Source: Hyaloraphidium curvatum SAG 235-1
Taxonomy: Eukaryota; Fungi; Monoblepharomycota
Direction of reading: 5' to 3'
Length of the DNA stretch: 64,000 bases
Assembly (NCBI GenBank): GCA_025558095.1
Contig: JAIVFI010000014.1
Location: forward strand, 1-64,000
The notes under the pieces: generated by a model
The model's input: only the letters and a program-made list of their open reading frames with translations
Database searches by the model: none
Told to the model about the DNA's origin: nothing
In this document: piece after piece, positions 21,757 through 33,644 of the stretch
Numbering within the stretch: position 1 is the first letter of the stretch
Layout: every line of letters begins with the position of its first letter
Position numbers and translations under genes: made by a program

Positions 21757-23009
21757 ATGGCCGCCGTCAGCGAGGCCCCGCTCCACGCGCCCACGCCGGC
21801 GCTCCCGTCGATCCACCACGGCCCGCTCTCCGCCGCGCCGAAGGACCCAAAGGTCGTCGAGCTCTCCAAGCAGATCAAGTTCGAGCTCTCCCCGCGGGCG
21901 GAGCGCGCTCTGCGGCTGGGGAATGGCGAGCCGGCGGGCCCGGTGGTGGTCGTGTGGGGCTGGGTCGGGTCGAAGCACCGCTTCCGTGAGCGGGTCGGGG
22001 ACAGGTCGCGCTGGTGGCCCTTCTGACCATTCTGCGCCAGTGGAAAAGTACGCAAACTTGTTCAGGCCTCACGGGTACTCCATTGCCTACGTCGCTTGCC
22101 CATGTGGGTCGGCTTGCCGCGCGGCTCGCGTCCCGGATCAGGGCTGACCCCGGGGCGGCCGAGCAGTCGAGTACCTCGCCTTCATGAGCCTCTACAACTA
22201 CCCGGCTTTCCTCAAGCGCTTCAAGCCGCTCGCCGACTACCTGGTGGACAACTTCCCGCGGCTGTTTGAGGGCGGAGCGGGCGGCAGGGAGGACCATGTC
22301 GTCCACCTGGCCTTTTCCAACGGCGGATGGTGGGCTTCGCCGGCGACATCGATTCCGTTCCGAACTCTGACGGCCGGTGCCGTTTCCCAGCGTCAACATG
22401 TACCTCTTCTTCCAGTCCCTGGCCAAGTTCCACTCCCAGAGCAAGCTCACCAACGCCGCCGTCCTCCTCGACTCGTGCCCTTCGGAGGCCAGCCCGTGGC
22501 CCTTTGCCAACTTCCTGGCCACCATGTTCTTCCCCAAGCACGCCACCAACCCCCTCGTCCTGGCCCTGACCTTCACCTCGGCCGTCACCTTCCTCGTCGG
22601 CATCGCCATCGTCCGCTTCGTCGGCCGCACCTTCCTCCGCCGCCCCATCGGCTCGCAACACGCTGCCTTCCCCCTCGAAGCCGCCGCCGGCGTGCTCCAC
22701 CCCGCCCTGGGCTCGGCACCGCGGCTGTTCGTCTACTCGGACAAGGGCGACACGATGATCGACTCAGGGTTCGTGCGGTCGTTTGCGGCCAGGGTGAAGA
22801 GGGAGCGTCCGGCGGCGGGCGTGAAGCTGCTGGAGTTCCCGCGGTCGGACCACGTGAGGCACCTGCCGGAGCACCCGAAGGAGTACGAGGCGGGGGTGGA
22901 GGAGTTCATGCGGGGGGTGGCATTTGGGGGGGAGGATGTGTGCGGGTGGGGCGACGACGTGGAGGGGGAGACGGGGTTGCTGAGGGAGCCTAAAACCAAG
23001 GACAACTGA
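21757..23009 (+). CDS. DUF829/TMEM53-like alpha/beta-hydrolase-fold protein; 3 introns
   Basis: VVVWGWVGS, HLAFSNGG, LLDSCP, PRLFVYS, SDHVRH motifs across exons. Confidence 0.85.
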
Positions 23010-23467
23010 AGATCGGGGTGGCGGTCCGTTGGGGTGCTGGGACAAGGCGTGTTTGTAGAGTAGACGGATGATGGACGATTTCTTGTTCGGAATCAAGCTA
23101 GACCACATTCTTGACCGCCGATCGAGGATCGGAAGATGAGTTTGCGTGCTGGGGGCGGACCGATCTCTCCGCGCCGCGCCGCTGTGCTCCGCAACGCCCT
23201 CCGGCGGCCGGACGGCGAGTCCCCGACCGGCGCACGGTACACTCAGCAAGTTACCGCTTGCCGCACCCCGCTAGACAGGGATGCCGCAGCGGCACCCCGC
23301 TGTGTCGCAGCGGCGCTTCGGGCCGGTTCACCCGGTGGCCGTGCGCCGTCGTGCGGCACAAGCCCATAAACTGTGCGCCATGCCGATCCCGAATCCCCCG
23401 CCGAATCAAACACGCGCATTCGCTTCCGCCGGCGTTTTCCCGACAAACCGACACCCGGAAACCGAAG

Positions 23468-24726
23468 ATGAAGGCCTTCGCCGCCGCCTGCGCCCTTCTT
23501 GCCCTCTCGGCTGCTGCCAGCGCCGCGTAGGACGCCGAGCGCGTCCACCGACGCTTCGCGACTCACCCGCCCGTCTTTCCCTCCCCGACCTCCCCATTCC
23601 CCACGCCCTCCCTCCTTCAACCTGCAGCCCCGCCCTCGCCCCGCGCACCAACCAGCCCGCCGAACCCAACTGCGTCGAGGCCGTGCTGCAGGTCGCCTCG
23701 GGCCAGGTCCACAAGCCGTACGGGCTGAGCACGCTCGTCTCCCTGGCCTCGCCGCTCCCCGGTATCGTCAAGGTCCTCAGCGGTGGGGAGCCCAGCCTGC
23801 CCCAGATCACGCTGTTTGCGCCCACAGGTAGGCCCCCTCGGTGCCGCGCGCTTTGACCGCTGTCGCTGATCCCGCTTCCGCCCGACAAGACGCCGCCTTC
23901 GCCACCCTCGTGCAGTCCATCGGAGGCTCCATTCCCCCCTCCTTCGTCCCCCTCATCCCCGAGGTCCTCGCCTACCACGTCGCCCCCCTCAAGGTCGACC
24001 CCGCCGCGCTCCCCCCCGCCTCGGCGGTGCCCACGCTGCTCGGCAGGGGCAACTTCTCGAGCGTGCAGCCGCAGCTCCTGATCGCCGAGAGGCTGCAGAG
24101 CCCGCCGGTGCTGCTCAGCTACGGGCTGGGCAAGTCGGGCGTCATCGACACGATCAAGTGCCGGAACGGCGTCGTGCACGTCGGTGGGTGATCGTCTGCC
24201 GGCCTTTCCTCCTGCCGGCGCTGTCTAATGCCGGCAACGCCTAGTCAACTCGGTTCTGTTCCCCCCGAACCCGACGTCGGCGACCGCCGTCAAGGCTGGC
24301 CTTAGCGCCCTCGTGCAGGCCCTCACCGCCACCAACCTCGCCGGCGCCGTCGACGCCATCCCCGCCGTCACCGTCTTCGCCCCCACCGACGCCGCCTTTG
24401 CCGAGATCGCCAACGTCGCCGCCACCCTGACTCCCCAGCAGTTCGCCAAGGTGCTCACGTACCACGTGGTGCCGGCCCGCGCGACGTCGTTCGATCTGCA
24501 GGCGGAGCAGAAGTTCCCCACCGTCAACGGCGCCCAGCTCCACGTTAGGGTCAGCAACGGGCAGGTCTTCGTCGGCGACGGCGGAGCCAAGGTCGTTGCG
24601 GCCAACGTCCTGACCGCCAACGGCGTCGTGCACGTCATCGACAAGGTGGGTCTCTGGCTGCGTGGAGTGCGGATCTGCCAGCTACCTGATCCGCACCTCC
24701 AGGTTCTCATTCCTCCGAACCTCTAA
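23468..24726 (+). CDS. Secreted fasciclin (two FAS1 domains) protein; 4 introns
   Basis: Signal peptide; TLFAPTDAAF / TVFAPTDAAF, LAYHV / LTYHVV, NGVVHV motifs. Confidence 0.92.
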
Positions 24727-24905
24727 AGAATTGAGCAGTAGAGAGCGTCGGAAAAACAGTGCTGTTTGTCATCCTTTTGTCGTTCTAGTAGATAGCTAGT
24801 GTGTCGTCCGTACACTCCTTGTCCTTTTTCTTCCTTTCCACCACCGAGGCCATACCTCCTCAATTGGCCCTTTGCTTTCCCTCCCCGCACAACTCAAGTT
24901 GCTGC

Positions 24906-25790
24906 CTAGAGGATCGCGGCGACCAGGCCGGCGACCGCTGCAGCAGCGCCGAACCCGCCGGCCAGCCTTCCCGCGCTGCCGGGCTTGGTGGTAGTTGGGG
25001 CAGCTGTGGTTGGCCCAGTAGAGGTGGGGGCCGGCGTGGTGGGTGCGGCCGAGGTGACCGGGATGGTGGAGGTGGGCCCTCGAATCCAAAGTCAGCGGCG
25101 CGCGGCAAGGGACACCTCGACCACCTACCATCCGTGGGAAAGTCCGTGGGCACGGGGATGGGCGTCTCGGGAACATCCGTGGGCTGGGCGCCGGATCGGA
25201 CAAACTCGACGTCGCTCATTTCGAGGATGAGCCATCCGCCGCCGGTGCCGCAGACCGAGGCGCACGTCTGGGCGGTGTAGACGCCAATCAGCTGCCTGCC
25301 GTCGCAGCACAGGCACCCCGTCTCGAAGGCCGGCTGCACGCCGTTGATGACCACGCGGCCGTTGCCGGCTTCGACGCGGCGCGAGTTTTCGGGGCAGAGG
25401 CCGGCCGAGGTGCCGTTTGCCGAGGGCGGCCTGGGGGAGTCGCAGAGGTCGATGTCTGCGATGGAGCAAGAAGTAGAGCCGTAGATCCGGCCATCCATTC
25501 AGTCAGCGGAGCCCGAAGGGAGGCGTGAGTTTGGGAATGGGAGTGAGTCGCGCGTCACAGTCGGCCGGACGCAACCCACAGCCGGTCGACGAGTTGGAGC
25601 GGCGGCTCGGGTACCCGCATCCTGCCTGCGACTCGCACCACGTGCGGTTGGTCGGCAGCGCGGGGCCGACGGCGCACGGCGTCAGGCAAGGGCAACCGTT
25701 GTTCCCGTAAATCGTCTGCGCGCGTGCGCCGGCCGCGGCGAGGAGCACGGCGGCGGCGACGACGAGGGCGAGGCCGGTAACGCGGGCCAT
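24906..25790 (-). CDS. Cys-rich secreted protein with Thr/Pro stalk and probable GPI signal; 2 introns
   Basis: Signal peptide, Cys-rich domain, last exon PTSTIPVTSAAPTT..KPGSAGRLAGGFGAAAAVAGLVAAIL-stop; introns ~25456-25580 and ~25079-25128. Confidence 0.72.
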
Positions 25791-26411
25791 CTTGATTCTG
25801 CGGCGCGGGAGGGCGTGGAATGGGCGATGCGCGTGGCTTGAGTGTCGGGAGGGATGCCGTCCCTGCTCGCGCCTTCGCCACCAAGAGTCAGCGGCTGAGT
25901 TCGTGGGATCAGAACGACGCCCATCGGCGGCGGATCGCCTCGTTTCTCTCCAAGAAGATCCCTCGGAATCGAATGAGATCGCATCGCCGGACTTGTCATT
26001 CCCGTGGGGAACCGGGCGGCTGTCAGGGGATACCCCTCCCCAAGGCCCGGGGAAAGCCGACCGCACTCTACCCGATGTCCTCATTCGCAACTAACAACAC
26101 CGAGAAGCTGAAGATCTGTCCAAGGGGCTCTTCGTACTAGAGCAGCCCATAATGATGGAACCCGGTCTTGATCGTGTCGGGAGAAAGCGTCGTAAAGTGC
26201 TTGCCGCTCACCGGACGTGCGAAATGCTCAACAGGACTGGGCGAGCGCAGGATCAGGCATGCACCGCGGTTGTCTTCAGCGGCCACGCACCGGTGTTAGC
26301 CGGCGGTTCCTCGACGGTCGCCGGGCTAGGCTCCCCAGTCAGCCTACCCCGAGCGAAGAGCACCATTCTCTTCAGACCGCGCACGAGCTACATCTCCGCG
26401 TCACAGTCCCG

Positions 26412-27740
26412 TCATTCCTCCATCGTTTCCCCTTCCTCCGCCTCGCCATCCCCGTCCCCGTCCTCAACATCCTCCCACCCCATCTCCTCGTCCTCTTCCC
26501 CCTCTTCCTCCGGTGCCCGCGGCGGCAGCACGGCGTCCAGCTCCGCGAGCAGCTCGCCCGCGTGCGCGCGGACCGCGGCTTCGTCGTCCGTGGGGATGTC
26601 GGTGCGGTCGTGGAGCTGCGGGATGGGGGTCAGACCATATGGCGGGTGAGGGAGGGCGGACGAACGCACCTTGACGACCATCAGCAGCGCCTCCCTTGCT
26701 TCCTCCCAGCACCTGTCCCTCTCTTTCCGCTTCTCCTCCGCCAGCTCCTTCTCCTCCCCCTTCCCTTCCTCGCCATCCTCCGGCTTCACCCCGCCCCGGC
26801 CCTTGAGGTACCAAGCCCACCCCAGGGCGTACCACGCCTCGGCCACCTCCGAGTCCTCATCCCGCAGCGCCTCCAGCACCCCCACCGCCCTCTCCGTCTC
26901 CCCCAGCTCGATCAGGAGCTTCGCCGCGTCGAGGCGGAACCCGTACTCGGCGTCCGGCGGCCAAAGGGCGATGCCGCGTTCGAGGGCGGCGAGGGCGTCG
27001 GCGGGGCGGGATTGTGTGAGGAGGAGGGAGGCGTGGAGCTGGTGCGGTTCGGGGGAGGAGGGGTGCGCGGAGAGGGCGAGGTGGATGAGGTCGGAGCAGC
27101 GGGATTCGGCGTCGGGTTCGTCGCTGGGAGGAGAGACGGGAGGGTGAGTCTCGACTTGGGAGCTGATCAAGCACAGGGCCCGGCATGGCGTCCACCACGT
27201 CGCCAATTGCCCCCCCCTCCAAGACACCAACCACAAATCCGTCATGTAGATCTCGGCGATGCCGCAGTAGACGCCCGCCAACGCTTTCCTGGCCTCCTCC
27301 TCCTCTGCCGGCTCCAGCCCGGCCTCGAGGTCCTTCTTGACCAGCTCCGCCCCCTTCTCGTAGCACCGCACCGCCTCCTTTCCCGTCGACAGCTGCGCAA
27401 GGAACAGCCACGCCCCTGCACCCCCTTCGGGATCCAGTTCCGCGGCTTTGGCAAAGGCTTCCCGCGCCTTGGCCACCTCCCCCGTCTCCGCGAGCAGGCT
27501 GCCCAGCACCTCCCACGCCTGCGGCAGTTCCGGCTCCGTCTCGGTCGCCCGCTTCGCGAAGCGCACGGCGAGGGGAAAGTCCATCGCGGCGGCGAGCTCG
27601 CCGGCCTTTGCGAGCAGGTCCTCGGCGGACGGCGCCGCCTTCTTGCCCTTTGCGGGCTTCGGGGCCGTCGGCCGGGCCGCGGGGACGGAAGATGCGGCCT
27701 TTTTGGCCCGCGATGTGGGGACGTCCTTGGACGACACCAT
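26412..27740 (-). CDS. ACL4: TPR protein, assembly chaperone of Rpl4 (Acl4-like); 2 in-frame introns
   Basis: TPR helices, LFLAQL, AEIYMTDL(C)DEPDAESRC signature, acidic C-terminus. Confidence 0.82.
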   Translation of the reverse strand: MVSSKDVPTSRAKKAASSVPAARPTAPKPAKGKKAAPSAEDLLAKAGELAAAMDFPLAVRFAKRATETEPELPQAWEVLGSLLAETGEVAKAREAFAKAAELDPEGGAGAWLFLAQLSTGKEAVRCYEKGAELVKKDLEAGLEPAEEEEARKALAGVYCGIAEIYMTDLWLVSWRGGQLATWWTPCRALCLISSQVETHPPVSPPSDEPDAESRCSDLIHLALSAHPSSPEPHQLHASLLLTQSRPADALAALERGIALWPPDAEYGFRLDAAKLLIELGETERAVGVLEALRDEDSEVAEAWYALGWAWYLKGRGGVKPEDGEEGKGEEKELAEEKRKERDRCWEEAREALLMVVKVRSSALPHPPYGLTPIPQLHDRTDIPTDDEAAVRAHAGELLAELDAVLPPRAPEEEGEEDEEMGWEDVEDGDGDGEAEEGETMEE

Positions 27741-28243
27741 GGCTGCGGGCGTGGGGAGGGGTCGCCGAAATCGGCCGCTCGGTGTGTTGTGTTGTTTTCC
27801 GCACGGTTCGCTGGACCTCAGTTTGGCCCACGCGCACCCGCCCGACCCCACTGCTCCTAACAAACACATCTCCCGGCCCGCGCATCTCTCTCAGGTGGGC
27901 AGCCCACGCCCGCAGACGGCGCCATCGCGGCGGCGCGCGCGCGCGGACGGCGCGCCGTGCGGAACGGCCGTGTTTGGCAACGCGCACCGCGCACCCGCGC
28001 GGGCACCGCTCCCGCGCCGCGCGCCGCCGCCCCGCTCGCCGCCCGCCGCCGTGTTAATGGAATGTTTGGCGATGCTGACCGCCGCCCTGTTGCCTTCCCT
28101 TGCCGTGTCTGGACGCGGAACTCGCACCCTCCCGACCCGACCCCGCTCCCTCCGCCGCACGCCCGATCGGAACCGGGACGCCGCATTCGCCCCTTCTGTG
28201 CCCCGTTCCGCCCTCTTCTACGGTCGTACAAGCAGCTGGAACG

Positions 28244-29677
28244 ATGGCGGACGTCGAGCAGACCCAGGAGATCTCGTCGCCGATGCCCACCACCCCGCCC
28301 TCGGCGCCGGCTCCCTCGACCGCCCCGGTCGCCGCCGTCACCCAGCAGATGAAGAAGGTCGGCCGACACTATTTGGATGCGCTGTTTTGCGGCGGCGAGG
28401 CTGACGGGGATGGCGCCAGATGTCCGTCGCCAACCAGTCGTACGTCGGCTTCGAGACCCTGCCCAACCAGATCGTCAGGAAGCGGCTCAAGGAGGGCTTC
28501 CGCTTCAACATCATGATCGTCGGTGCGTTGCTCGTCGCCGCTCCCGCCCGGACTTGCTCTGACCCCCGGGGTTTAGGTGCCTCGGGCTTGGGCAAGACCA
28601 CGCTGGTCAACACCATGTTTGCCGCCCACCTCGTCGACTCCAAGGCGACCAAGCACCCGACCGACCCGTGGCCCAAGACCACCGAGATTGCCAGCGTGAC
28701 CCATCGTGGGTTTTGCTCGCGGCCGGTCCCGTTGTCGTTCGCTGACCACCCCCCCCCAAGTCCTCGAGGAGAACGGCGTCCGCCTGCGGCTCACCATCGT
28801 CGACACCCCCGGCTACGGCGACCAGGTCAACAACGAGAACTGCTGGGACCCCGTGCTGCGCTACATCAAGGAGCAGTACGCGGCCTTCCTCCGCAAGGAG
28901 CTCACCCCCGCGCGCGACCGGCGCATCCCCGACACGCGCATCCACTGCGTGCTCTTCTTCATCGCGCCCTCGGGCCACGCGCTCAGGCCGATCGACATCA
29001 CCGTCATGAGGAAGCTGACCGAAGTGGCCAACGTGATCCCGGTCATCGCCAAGTCGGACTCGCTCACGCCCGAGGAGAAGGACGCCTTCAAGAGGTGCGC
29101 CGCGGGCGGTCCGCCATCTTCTTCCCCGACCTAACCCGGCATCCCCCCCCCCCGCCCCTCAGGCGCATCAAGGCCGAGCTCGACTTCCACGGCATCCGCG
29201 CGTACCCCTTCCCCCAGACGCTCGAGGACATCGAGGGCTGGGACACGGCCGACGAGCGCGAGTACCTCTCTAAGATGCGCGACATGCTGCCGTTCGCCGT
29301 CATCGGCTCCGAGACGGTGGTGCAGGGCGCCGAGGGGCCCGTGCGCGGGCGCAAGACGCGGTGGGGGGTGGTGAACGGTGGGTTGTCTCGCCTGGCCCGA
29401 ACGCGAGTCCGCTGCTGACATTCCGCGGCCCCCCTTTGCAGTCGAGGAGGAGAAGCACTCGGACTTTGTCCACCTCCGCCAGTTCCTCACGCGCACGCAC
29501 CTGCAGGACCTCATCGAGACGACGCACTACCTGCACTACGAGCAGTTCCGCACGCGGCAGCTGCTCGCGCTCAAGGAGGGCGGCGGCGCCGCGCTGGCAC
29601 AGCAGCAGCAGGCCAGCCAGGCGAGCCTGGTGCCGAGCGGGGTGCCGGCACCCGCGGGGCCCAGCCCGGGGCAGTAG
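28244..29677 (+). CDS. CDC10: Septin, Cdc10 group; 5 introns
   Basis: YVGFETL, GLGKTTLVNT (G1), DTPGYGD (G3), AKSD (G4), FLRKELTPARDRRIPDTRIHC, septin unique element; no long C-terminal coiled coil. Confidence 0.9.
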
Positions 29678-29888
29678 ACGGCTCCGGGAGGAGGTTGGAG
29701 AGGGGGAAAAGATGGGCGAGCAGACGAGATACCCGGCCGCTGCGCGGCGCAGTTTATTGAGGGCGCTCTTATTCGGTATTAGTAATACACTTGTTCTGGC
29801 TTGATTTCGCTGTCTTTACGGCCCATCGAGGGTTGGTCCGTGGCCTCTGCTTCGACACTGTTTGGCCGGCCCGCGACACCTCCAACTC

Positions 29889-31184
29889 ATGGCGGATCCC
29901 GGCCCGTCCGAACCCTCTTCCGGCACATTGGCGGCGGCCACCGTGGTCCACTTCGACTCCGCCGCGTGCCGCTGGGCTCCTGTGCTCGCCCGCCTCCCCG
30001 GCGACGTGCGCGTGCCCGGCGCGCCCCCGCGCTTAAGAGGGCGCCCCGCGGACTACGCGGCGCTTGAAATGCCCCCGCGTTTCGGTTACCGCCGGCCATT
30101 TGCAGCACTGCGGAAGGAGGTGACGCCGCCGGAGAGGACGGAGAGGGTGCGGGTCGGTGGAGGGGAACAGAACCTGCCTGCTGCGGGACAGGGGGTGCTG
30201 CCCGGCTTCCGCGTCGTCAAATGGAGGCGGGCTCCTGCCAGCGCGGGCACGGACAACGAAAGGACGGTGGTCCTGCACCCGGGACGGTTCTCCCACGCCG
30301 GGGACTGCACCGTGCGGTTCGGCGCCGGGTGGTCGATGGCCGTGGGTCCCATCGGGGAGTGGTGGGTGCACGTCGGCGAGGGCGGGTGGAAAACGGTGCC
30401 GGATAACAGGTTCGGGGCGGGGAACGCGGAGGATGGGGCGCCGACCGCGCTGCAGGAAGCCGGGTTCCTGCTCGAGGCTCTTGACGAGGCCGTTGGGAGG
30501 AGAGGGGACCTGGACGCCTTCGCGGCGCTCGCGGAGCATGCCTGCCGGGCGGCCGAGGCGCACCATTCCCTCCTCCAGCGGTTTCTTCCGGCCTCGGAGG
30601 CCGTGGGAGAGCGGCTAAGGGCAGCAGGCCTGCACCATGACGCACTGGAGCTCCTCCTCTTCCGCGCGGGCCTGCTCTCCACCGTCGGCGAAGCCCACCT
30701 CGCGACCCCGTCGTACCTCGCCGCCTACCATTTTGCCCGCACTTTCGGCGGCGCCGCGGGGTTCGGCGGCGCGGGCAGGGCGTTGGCGGGCCTCGCGGGC
30801 TCGCTCGCGCGGTGCGGGCAGCATGCGGCGGCCGAGGCCGCGTGCAGGTTGGGGCTGGTGGAGATGGACTGCGAGAAGGGTACGAGGGCGATTTTCCTGG
30901 ACGTGCTGATGGGGATGGCGGGGAGTGGGAGGGGCAGTGGAAGGCCGGGGCCGGTGGTGGTGACCCAGGCTGCGGTCCCGCCGAAAGCGGGGGTGGAACA
31001 ACGGAGTTCGTCGGCCCCGGCAACGGGCAAGAGGGAGACGGCCGAGAATCGGGACCCTGAGGCGGTTAGGCAGGGAGGGGGCCGGCCGCCGGGCGGACAG
31101 CTGCTTCTCGGCTCAGTCGGGGCCTCCAACCCCGACGGGCCGAGCACCGTGCTAGTTGCAAACCGCCCTTTGCACGTGGCGTAA
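29889..31184 (+). CDS. Hypothetical protein with helical, TPR-like C-terminal half
   Basis: Long ORF with protein-like composition; no family recognised. Confidence 0.5.
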   Translation: MADPGPSEPSSGTLAAATVVHFDSAACRWAPVLARLPGDVRVPGAPPRLRGRPADYAALEMPPRFGYRRPFAALRKEVTPPERTERVRVGGGEQNLPAAGQGVLPGFRVVKWRRAPASAGTDNERTVVLHPGRFSHAGDCTVRFGAGWSMAVGPIGEWWVHVGEGGWKTVPDNRFGAGNAEDGAPTALQEAGFLLEALDEAVGRRGDLDAFAALAEHACRAAEAHHSLLQRFLPASEAVGERLRAAGLHHDALELLLFRAGLLSTVGEAHLATPSYLAAYHFARTFGGAAGFGGAGRALAGLAGSLARCGQHAAAEAACRLGLVEMDCEKGTRAIFLDVLMGMAGSGRGSGRPGPVVVTQAAVPPKAGVEQRSSSAPATGKRETAENRDPEAVRQGGGRPPGGQLLLGSVGASNPDGPSTVLVANRPLHVA

Positions 31185-31489
31185 GCTTCTCTCTCTTAAC
31201 GTTCTCAGAAATGACAAGAAATGTGCGTGCTTGGCGCTTGGGACGCGCTCGGGGCCTGGGCCCGCTTCGCCGCACGGCACAGCGGCCGACGGAAGCGCCC
31301 GAAGAAACCCGCTCAGCCCCCGGAAACGGCGGAACTGCCGCTTGCCAGCCCCTCAGCAGCACCTCAAAAGGAGGGCGCGTCGGCCGCCGGTCGAAGACAT
31401 CTCTCCAACTCCCGTCCGCGCGCCTGGCTGCTCCGGCCGTGCCCGCTCGTCCCAAGTCCGCACCCAGAACAACACAACTGACACCACCC

Positions 31490-31912
31490 ATGCTCGTCCG
31501 CACCCTCGCCGTTCTTTTCGTCCTCTGGCTCCTCTGCACCTCCCCGGCCACCGCCTTCTGCTTCTACAACGTCGGCCCGAGCAGCATAGTAGTCTTCGAC
31601 GGCGGTCGCTTAAACTACGACGGCGACTCTGCCTGCGTCAGCGACGGCGACGTGCGGAACTTCTTCGCCGAGATAACCCCCGGCGGCAAGGCCTGCTGGA
31701 ACTGGTCCGGCTTCTCCCCGAACCCCTGCACGCCCGAGACCTTCTATGGCATGATCACGTGGCAGCAGCATGTCGAGAACCTCGACTCGGGCACGATCAA
31801 GTGCGTGTCGAAGGATCAGCTGTACACCATCAACGTGCGGAGCGGTAGCGGTGTGACGCTCAATTTGGACTACAACCAGACCACGGAGTACCCGAACCAG
31901 GCGTGCGCGTGA
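31490..31912 (+). CDS. Small secreted Cys-containing protein (140 aa)
   Basis: Signal peptide MLVRTLAVLFVLWLLCTSPATA, 6 Cys in mature part, strong GC3 bias. Confidence 0.75.
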   Translation: MLVRTLAVLFVLWLLCTSPATAFCFYNVGPSSIVVFDGGRLNYDGDSACVSDGDVRNFFAEITPGGKACWNWSGFSPNPCTPETFYGMITWQQHVENLDSGTIKCVSKDQLYTINVRSGSGVTLNLDYNQTTEYPNQACA

Positions 31913-32679
31913 ACGGTCGTGGTGCCTGCGTGATGAATCGTCAGCGACTACGAGGGCCTCCACTATTGCACGGTATGCACGGTAGAGGAAGAAGCATGTA
32001 CATAGGAGCGATTGATATGAAACTTGGCGAGAAACCAAACCTTCGAAGCTCGCAACGCGGTGTGTGCGCCTCCAGCGGAAGACCATTGCATTGTCCGTTT
32101 CGGCGCTTCCGACCCATTGAAGCCTTCCGGCGTAAACCTGTTAGCATCGTCCTACCTCCATCTACTGAGAGACACTGGCGGATGCCAATGCGGATCGATG
32201 CCATGTGGTTGCAAGTCCCTGCCAAGCTCCCAGCCGCGGCGTTCCCGTCCGTGGCGTGTTCATAAGGGTGCCGATGAGAAGAGACTTGACCACGCCTGCA
32301 CATAGTCTTGCATTACGGGGTATCGGAATGGCAACGATGCCGGGGTGCCCCTTTCGCTATTGCTAGGTGTCGCGTTGTACGTGACCTGAAGACATCGAGA
32401 ATGGCGACGTCAGGGAATCGTTCCGTCGACTTGCATAACCTTCGTTTCTCAATCCGCTCGTGTTCCATGCCGTCGCAGGCTCGATCTTGATTGTGCGTTG
32501 GCCCGAGTCGCAGAGTGAGCCGATCGTTTTCGGGGTCTCGCGTCTCGAGAGTTGGGCGAAGCGGTTCCACCATTCCCTGCCCCTTTTGCCGCTCTTCGAC
32601 ACCTCGAACCGGCCCAATCTCGTTCATGTAGCAAACTCCCTCGCGGGATTCCTCGGCCTCGGACCGCCCCACCCCACCC

Positions 32680-33366
32680 ATGGCCCCCCGGACTCGCGTC
32701 ATCGGCATCGCCGGCGGCAGCGGTAGCGGCAAATCGACCCTCGCTGCGGCCGTTGCCGCCCGCCTCGGCCCGTCGAAATGCACGATGCTCGCGCAGGACC
32801 GGTACTACCGCGACCAGAGCGCCAGGTTCGACAGGGACGGGGGCAGCGTCAACTTCGACCACCCCGACGCGATCGATTTCCCGCTGCTCGCGGAGCATCT
32901 GCACAAGCTGAGGCAGGGGAAGGCCGTCGACGCGCCGCGGTACGATTTCGCGACGCATTCCCGGGAACGGACCGCGGACCGGCTCGACCCGCGGCCCTTC
33001 GTGGTGCTGGACGGGATCCTCGTCCTCTCCCGCCCCGAAATCTTGCCGCTGCTGGACGCCAAGGTGTTTGTCGACGCGCCCGAGGAGGTGCGGTTCGCGA
33101 GGAGGCTGACGAGGGACGTGCGGGAGCGTGGGCGGACCGAGGAGGGGGTGATGGCGCAGTGGGAGGCGCAGGTCAAGCCGATGCACGATGAATTCGTGCA
33201 GCCGGGCGCGAGGAATGCGGATTTGGTCCTCTCGGGGACGGGGGAGCTGGAGGAGGAGGTGGAGGCGGTGATGGCGCTGCTGGAGGGCCTCGAGGGGCGG
33301 GATCCCTGCACGGAGGCGATCGAGCCGACGGATATTTATGTTCTGCATCCGCCAGCTGCCGTGTAA
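32680..33366 (+). CDS. udk: Uridine kinase, single-domain bacterial-like
   Basis: GIAGGSGSGKS Walker A, QDRYY, NFDHPDAIDF, YDFATHSR, RRLTRDVRERGR, VKPMHDEFV. Confidence 0.92.
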   Translation: MAPRTRVIGIAGGSGSGKSTLAAAVAARLGPSKCTMLAQDRYYRDQSARFDRDGGSVNFDHPDAIDFPLLAEHLHKLRQGKAVDAPRYDFATHSRERTADRLDPRPFVVLDGILVLSRPEILPLLDAKVFVDAPEEVRFARRLTRDVRERGRTEEGVMAQWEAQVKPMHDEFVQPGARNADLVLSGTGELEEEVEAVMALLEGLEGRDPCTEAIEPTDIYVLHPPAAV

Positions 33367-33644
33367 TGTAAGCGACTAATGTAATGTAGCTGCTTGACTG
33401 TCCTTGGTTGTCCTTGGCCGAGTGAGACCAGGACGTCAAGGGTTGGCAAGTCGAAGCATCGCGGATCCAACTCACTCTTTACGCATACGGAGTTCTTCAT
33501 CGGATGTGGTTTCCCGCGACACATGCTTCGGGACCGGCGTTTTCACTTTCGGCGGCTCACGGCCCCAGGCGGCGCGGTTTGCCGCCTTTCGCAAGCCCGC
33601 GCCCACTCGACATCTGATCGACCCCTCCGAGCCCCCGCCTAGAC

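Noticed and set aside
23468-23530. Premature TAG after the fasciclin signal peptide (pseudogene or readthrough)
   Set aside because: The TAG lies within an intron donor (GC|gtagga); splicing to the cag at ~23627 restores the frame
31913-32640. Lower-GC stretch with several 60-150 aa ORFs
   Set aside because: Looks like ordinary intergenic sequence; no repeats or motifs identified
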